NCBI RefSeq assembly: GCF_009914755.1
Contig: NC_060936.1
DNA from: the human T2T-CHM13v2.0 reference genome, Homo sapiens
Reading direction: 5' to 3' (one strand)
Length of the DNA: 64,000 nucleotides
Part shown: positions 59,552 to 64,000 of the stretch, in pieces
Layout of the letters: each line of letters starts with the position of its first letter
How positions within the stretch are numbered: position 1 is the first letter of the stretch
Program-made: the position numbers and the translations under genes
Notes under the pieces: generated by a model
The model's database searches: none
Told to the model about the DNA's origin: nothing
What the model saw: the letters and a program-made list of their open reading frames with translations, nothing else

Positions 59552-61216
59552 CTGAGCAGCAAAGCATTGAAGATGTCGCCTGGCTGCTTCTAACAGCATA
59601 TGGTCATATGTGTGAGCAAAGAGATATCTGAAACTGGAAGTTATATTTAAAGGGGAAGCAGGGCATAAAAGTTTAGAATATTTGCAGTCTGACCATGCAC
59701 TAGAAAAGAAAACCCCATTTTCTGGGAGGAATTCAAGCCATCTACAGAAATTTGCATAAGTAACATTGCAGAATGTTAATAGCCAAGACAATGGGGAAAA
59801 TGCCTTGAAAGCATTTCAGAGAACTTTGTAGCAGCCCCTCCCATCACAAGCCCAGAGGTCTTGGAGAGAAGAATGGTTTCATGGTCCAGGCCCAGGGCCC
59901 TGCTGCCCTGCACAACCATGGGACATTGCTCCCTGTGTCCCAGCCACTCTAGTGCCAGTTGTAGCTAAAAGGGCCCCAGATACATGTTAACCCACTGCTC
60001 TAGAGGGTGTCAGCCATAAGACTTAGTGGCTTTCATGTGGTGTTAAGCCTGCAGATGCACAGAGCACAAGAGTTGTGGCTTGGAAGCCTCAGCCTAGATA
60101 TCAGAGGATGTATGGAAATGCCTGGATGTCCAGGCAGAAGTCTGCTGCAGGGGCAGAGGCCTCATGGAGAACTTCTACTGGGACAGTGCAGAGGGGAAAT
60201 GTGGGGTTGGAGCCCCCACACAGAGTCCCCATGGGGGCACTACCTAGTGGAGCTGAGAAGAGGGCCAGCATCCTCTATATCCCAGACAGATAGATCCACT
60301 AGCAGCTTGCACCATGTACCTGAAAAAGCCACAAGCACTCAGCGCCAGCCCTGGGACCTGAGCGCAGCAGAGCCACAGGGGCAGAACAGCCCAAGGCTTT
60401 GGGAGCCCACCCCTTGCATCAGTGTGGCCTGGATACAGGACATGGAGTCAAAGAAGATTATATCAGAGCTTTAAGATTTAATGACTACCCTAGTAGTCAT
60501 TATCTAAAGCTGGGCTTCAGAATTGTATGAGGCCTGTAGCCCCTTTGTTTTGACTAATTTATCTCTTTTGGAATGGGTTCATTTACCCAATGCCTGTACC
60601 CTCATTGTATCTTGGAAGTAACTAACTTGTTTTTTATTTTACTGGCTCATAAGCAGTAGGGACTTGCTTTGTCTCACAAGAAACTTTGGACTATAGATTT
60701 TTCACTTAATGCTAAAATGAGTTGAGACTGGGGGGATGTTGAGAAGGGCTAATTGTATTTCACAATATGAGAAAGACATGATATTTGGGAGGGGACAGAG
60801 GCAGAATGGTATGGTTTTGATGTGTCCCTGCCCAAGCCTCATGTCAAATTGTAATCCCTAATGTTGGAGGAGGGGCCTGATAAGAGGTGATTGGATCATG
60901 GGGGCAGATTTCCTCCTTGCTGTTCTCATGATAGCAAGTGAGTTCTCATGAGATTTGGTTGTTTAAAAGTGTGTAGCACCTCTCCCTGTATTCTCTTCTT
61001 CCTGCTCCAGCCATGCTTCCCCTTCACCTTCCACCATGATTGTAAGTTTCCTGAAGCCTCCCCAGCCATGCTTCCAGTACAGTCTATGAACTGTGAGCCA
61101 ATTAAACCTCTTTTGTTTATAAACTACCCAGTCTCAGGTAGTTCTTTATAGAAATGTGAGAATGGACTAATACAATGAGTCATACTTTAAGACCAAACAG
61201 GAAATTATCAGGCTGA

Positions 61217-61540
<324 letters not shown>

Positions 61541-62040
61541 AGCACTTTCCCTAGAATAAAGCCCACCCTAGAATAATGATATTTTACTGAATCCAAAGTA
61601 TATACAGGAGGCAGAATTTATTGTATTCACCATGACTTGTCAACAAACTAGAGATAAGAGAATTAATACCAATGGCAAGAGGTGGGGAAAGTTTTAAATA
61701 ACTAAGAATATTGATATCTGCAGAGGAAAAAGCAAATAAAAATAGTCAAAGGATTAAGTGTTCTAATGTTTCTTAAGGAGGTAGAATGCCAAACAAAAGG
61801 GATAATCCGAAGATTGAAGGAAATGCCTTACCTGGTCATTATGACAGATGAACGACTCCCACTAAGAATCCTGTTTTCGTAATACCACAGGAGGCCATAT
61901 TATTGGAGAGTTCAAAGAAGTTACTACAAAATACCAAAGATTAGCTCCAAAATTAGGAAAAAAGTTTTATTAGGACAACAATTAATCAAGTTTTGCCTCA
62001 TGATCCTCACCTTTGAACTTATCTTAGTTACAGAAAATTA

Positions 62041-62375
<335 letters not shown>

Positions 62376-62779
62376 ACACCTGTCTTAAACGATTTGCGTT
62401 CAGATGCCCAAACCGTATAAATATCCTTCCCTAACTTTCTCTTTTTGAGTCACTGCGAAGACTTTGTTAAAATAGTCTCCTTTGGAATAAATTTAATAAA
62501 CTCAGCTTTGTTTGGTCAACAGCTTTTTCTGGGATCTCCAACCAAATTCTTCTGGTTGAAACCATGAAGCAGCCTTTGGTTTCTTTAGAAGTTATTTAGT
62601 ACTACTAGCCAGATTGACTAAATGTCTTTCTTGGAAGTGTGTGAGACACTTTGAGATAAAAGATGATTGGTGACATAATGTATGGAAAGATAATGTATGC
62701 AAATGCTTAATGCTTGGTATAGTTTCTGGCACAATGTAGGTGTTCAATGAATGTTAGCTATATTAAAATCCCCTAATTT

Positions 62780-63077
62780 GGCCAGGCACGGTGGCTCCTG
62801 CCTGTAATCCCAGCATTTTGGGAGGCAGAGACAGGTGGATAGCTTGAGCTCAGGAGTTTGAGACCAGCCTGTGCAACATGGCAAAACCCCATCTCTACAA
62901 AAAATATAAAAAATTAGTTGGGTATGGTGGTGTGCACCCTGTAGTCCCAGCTACTTGGGAGGCTGAGATGAGATAATCTCTTGATCTGGGAGGCAGAGGT
63001 TGCAGTGAGCAGAGATTGTGCCACTGTACTGCAGCCTGGGTAATAGAGCAAGACTCAGTCTCAAAAAAAAAAAAAAA
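62780..63077 (+). mobile_element. Alu (J-like)
   Basis: Sense Alu dimer. Confidence 0.9.
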
Positions 63078-63390
63078 TCCGAATTCTCCATTTCTTCCTT
63101 ACTTGGACCCCCAGGCAGCCTTCAAATTCCAGGCTAATTGTCTCTGAATTAAAGCTCTGATTTATAAATCATCACTGGTTTCCATCGATGTGATTGGCAG
63201 AGATCATTTTTTTTTCTTCCCTCCTATCCTTTGACTCCTGTTCTCCTCTATTACCACCAGCAAGCTGAGGGAGGAATTCAACTCCACATTTGCCCCTCTT
63301 TAGCTGTCTTAGAGGAATTTTTCCTGAGGGGAATTAACTCTGAGTAGAGGACCTCGGTTCATTGATGTTTTATTTTAATGATGAAAGGTG

Positions 63391-63835
<445 letters not shown>

Positions 63836-63884
63836 TTAAGTCATAAGGTTAATGAAATTGGGAGTCTAGGAGAAACCTCAGTAT

Positions 63885-64000
63885 ATATTTATTTTTATTT
63901 TAATTTTTTTTATTTTACTTTAAGTTCCGGGATACATGTGCAGAATGTGCAGATTTATAACGCAGGTATACATGTGCCATGGTGGTTTGCTGCACCTGTC
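63885..64000 (-). mobile_element. L1PA 3' end, running off the window
   Basis: TTTAAGTTCCGGGATACATGTGCAGAATGTGCAG...CATGGTGGTTTGCTGCACC. Confidence 0.9.

Larger units (their letters stand above)
53580..61174 (+). mobile_element. Full-length MaLR element (MSTA-like LTR-internal-LTR) split by the HERV-K provirus
   Basis: LTRs at ~53580-53961 and 60807-61174 both end GGACTAATACA. Internal sequence at 53962-54336 resumes at 59552 and rejoins as GAAATTTCTAAGCAGCAAAGCATT, typical of MST/THE1 internal sequence. Confidence 0.88.

Noticed and set aside
60007-60474. 155 aa and 72 aa ORFs
   Set aside because: Decayed MaLR internal sequence.
53575-61179. TSD for the MaLR element
   Set aside because: The flanks (CATGG/ATGGC versus ATGAG) match too poorly to call.

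Overview
Human (primate) genomic DNA, repeat-dense and AT-rich. It holds the 3' part of KCNMB4 (BK channel beta-4 subunit, + strand): the end of intron 1, coding exon 2 (9676-9803), a ~30 kb intron 2, and coding exon 3 (39954-40122) with a long 3' UTR that plausibly ends at a poly(A) signal supplied by an LTR (~43760). Downstream is a nested retroelement: a full-length MaLR (MSTA-like LTR-int-LTR, ~53580-61174) interrupted by an antisense 5.2 kb class II (HERV-K, HML-6/LTR3-like) provirus (54337-59551). The provirus has a tRNA-Trp-like primer binding site, an in-frame gag deletion, decayed dUTPase-pro and pol, and no env: the integrase core is joined directly to the 3' polypurine tract. Intron 2 carries two locally templated insertions (146 bp inverted; 238 bp direct with a ~36 bp flanking duplication), and several short fold-back hairpins occur inside old repeats. 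Almost all ORFs in the supplied track are Alu/L1/LTR artefacts. Repeat family names are from recall of consensus sequences, not from a search, and many repeat boundaries are approximate. I found no evidence for a wholly new gene system; the provirus structure and the templated insertions are the best leads.
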